A DNA stretch of 64,000 nucleotides from Octopus bimaculoides (lineage: Eukaryota), in the NCBI RefSeq assembly GCF_001194135.2, contig NC_068985.1, forward strand, positions 18,437,040 through 18,501,039, given 5' to 3'. Both the position numbers and the translations under genes were made by a program. Shown one piece after another: positions 62,583 to 64,000 of this stretch; the first letter of the stretch is position 1, and each line of letters starts with the position of its first letter. Below the pieces are notes generated by a model, which ran no database searches, was not told the origin of the DNA, and saw only the letters and a program-made list of their open reading frames with translations.

Positions 62583-63032
62583 ATATAGGACGAAGAAAAA
62601 TATAAAACAACCCTCCTTTTCTCTCACGTTTTCTAAGTTGGTGAAGCTCACCTGTCAGTGAAGGTGATCACTTCACTGAAGTAATAAAATTAACTACTTA
62701 CTCTGAAAATGTAAGTGGAAAGTGGGTTGGGGAGAAAGAAAGAGAGAGAGAGAGAAGGGCTATGGGAACTGCTTATTTATTGCTCATTGACAAGACTTTG
62801 TTCAGCCCACTGAAAATAGCAGCCAAAATTCTCGGATCACACCCTACATACAGTCTTAAAAGCTGTATTACACTTGTAGTTTGTATAATAGCATACAAGT
62901 GACTGGATTGTTATGGCATGAATGCTTTTGATCTTCATTTTGTTGACTATGACTCACATGGAATGATGACAACAAAGTTTATTTTGAACCAACAAAGGAA
63001 AGCTTCTGCATTGGTATTGGAACTGCTACATA

Positions 63033-63890
63033 CGAGGTCTGATCAATAAGTATATGGATTGTTGCCATAGTAATGAAGCTAAAGCACACAGAGTGAAGCT
63101 GCTTGGCACAGATTGATCTTGAACTCTGTTGTACATGTGTACTAAGTTTTAACATTTTAGCTCACTTCCACTGTTTACAGCAGTGCTTGGAAGGAAGGTG
63201 TGTAGCATGTGCTCATCACATTGACCATGACGGAAAGTTGAGCAAATTTTACCAAAAGCTTGGCAATACCTGCTCAGAGGCCTATGCAAGGTTTTCAAAA
63301 AGTTTTCATCGCTTGCAACACAATCATGATCTTGTGCAACTGAAATCCGAGTGTCTTTTTGGTCAGCTGAAAGCAGTTTTGGTACAAACTTGCAGATATG
63401 TCTCGTACCCAAATCTTCAGTGATAATGGACTGAACTGAACCGTAACTAATCTGCATATCCTCTGATAGCTCACGGATGGTGATTCGATGATTTCCTCTC
63501 ACAGCTGCACACACATCTGCAATGTTTTTCTCAGTTCTGCTGGTTGGGGTCTCCCAGAACGTTTTGTCAATATCGATATTTTTTCAGCCATCTTGGAAAT
63601 GTCTGAACCACTTGTACACTCGTGGGCAGCTCATACACTTTCTGAAACTTTGCGTAGACCTCTGAGCAGGTATTATCATGACAATTTTCTCTCATGGTCA
63701 GTGTGACGATCACACACTACACACCTTCCTTCCAAGCACTGCTGTAAACAGCAGAAGTGAGCTAGAATGCTAAAACTTAGTGCACATGTACAGCAGAGTT
63801 CAAGGCACAATATGTGCCAAGTGGCTTTACTCTGCATGCTTTAGCTTTGTTACTATGGCAACAGTCCAGATACTTATTGATCAGACCTCG
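63033..63890. mobile_element. mariner derivative built from two inverted 5' ends
   Basis: TA|CGAGGTCTGATCAATAAGTA ... TACTTATTGATCAGACCTCG|TA; about 260-bp inverted arms; minus-strand HTH-region peptide RITIRELSEDMQISYGSVQSIITEDLG.RHICKFVPKLLS.DQK. Confidence 0.9.
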
Positions 63891-64000
63891 TATAGTAAAT
63901 TTCCTTCAAATCACACCCTACTGTCATATATGTGTGTGTGTGTGTATATATAGTGTGTGTGTATATATATATAGTGTGTGCATGTGTGTGTATATATATA

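Noticed and set aside
1651-63706. Most other 60-150 aa ORFs in the track
   Set aside because: They derive from SINEs, MITEs and microsatellites (YIYIYI, CVCVCV, HTHTHT runs and recurrent SINE peptides) or are antisense to transposon fragments.
56202-64000. Searched for the final ACTL6A exons (SMRLK...SWIGGSILASL; GTFQQMW...)
   Set aside because: No matching coding segment found; they presumably lie beyond the window.

Overview
AT-rich, microsatellite-dense eukaryotic DNA. It is most likely octopus or another coleoid cephalopod, inferred from the tRNA-headed SINE families and the (AT)n/(AC)n load and not database-checked. It has four assembly gaps: 2191-2632, 24278-24287, 27076-27085 and 42543-43491. 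The one firmly supported gene is ACTL6A/BAF53 (Arp4-family actin-related protein) on the + strand: 11 internal coding exons (25846-56201, 1085 nt, about 362 codons) with consistent reading frame and GT-AG boundaries. Its first coding exon and last two exons were not found in the window. The intron at 35206-39694 is a textbook U12 (minor spliceosome) intron. The rest is intronic or intergenic and packed with SINEs, piggyBac- and hAT-type MITEs, and decayed RTE, RTEX, R4/Dong and Tc1/mariner fragments. The most interesting unexplained signal is a set of short fold-back elements. Several carry hammerhead-ribozyme-like cores (CUGANGA-stem-GAAAC-palindromic loop-GUH), and one (11444-11547, minus strand) folds into a nearly complete type I hammerhead inside a perfect 34-bp inverted repeat. 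Several ACTL6A codons differ from the vertebrate residue by a single A-to-G change and are candidate restorative A-to-I recoding sites. Repeat boundaries are hand-read and approximate, and family names are from pattern recall rather than searches.
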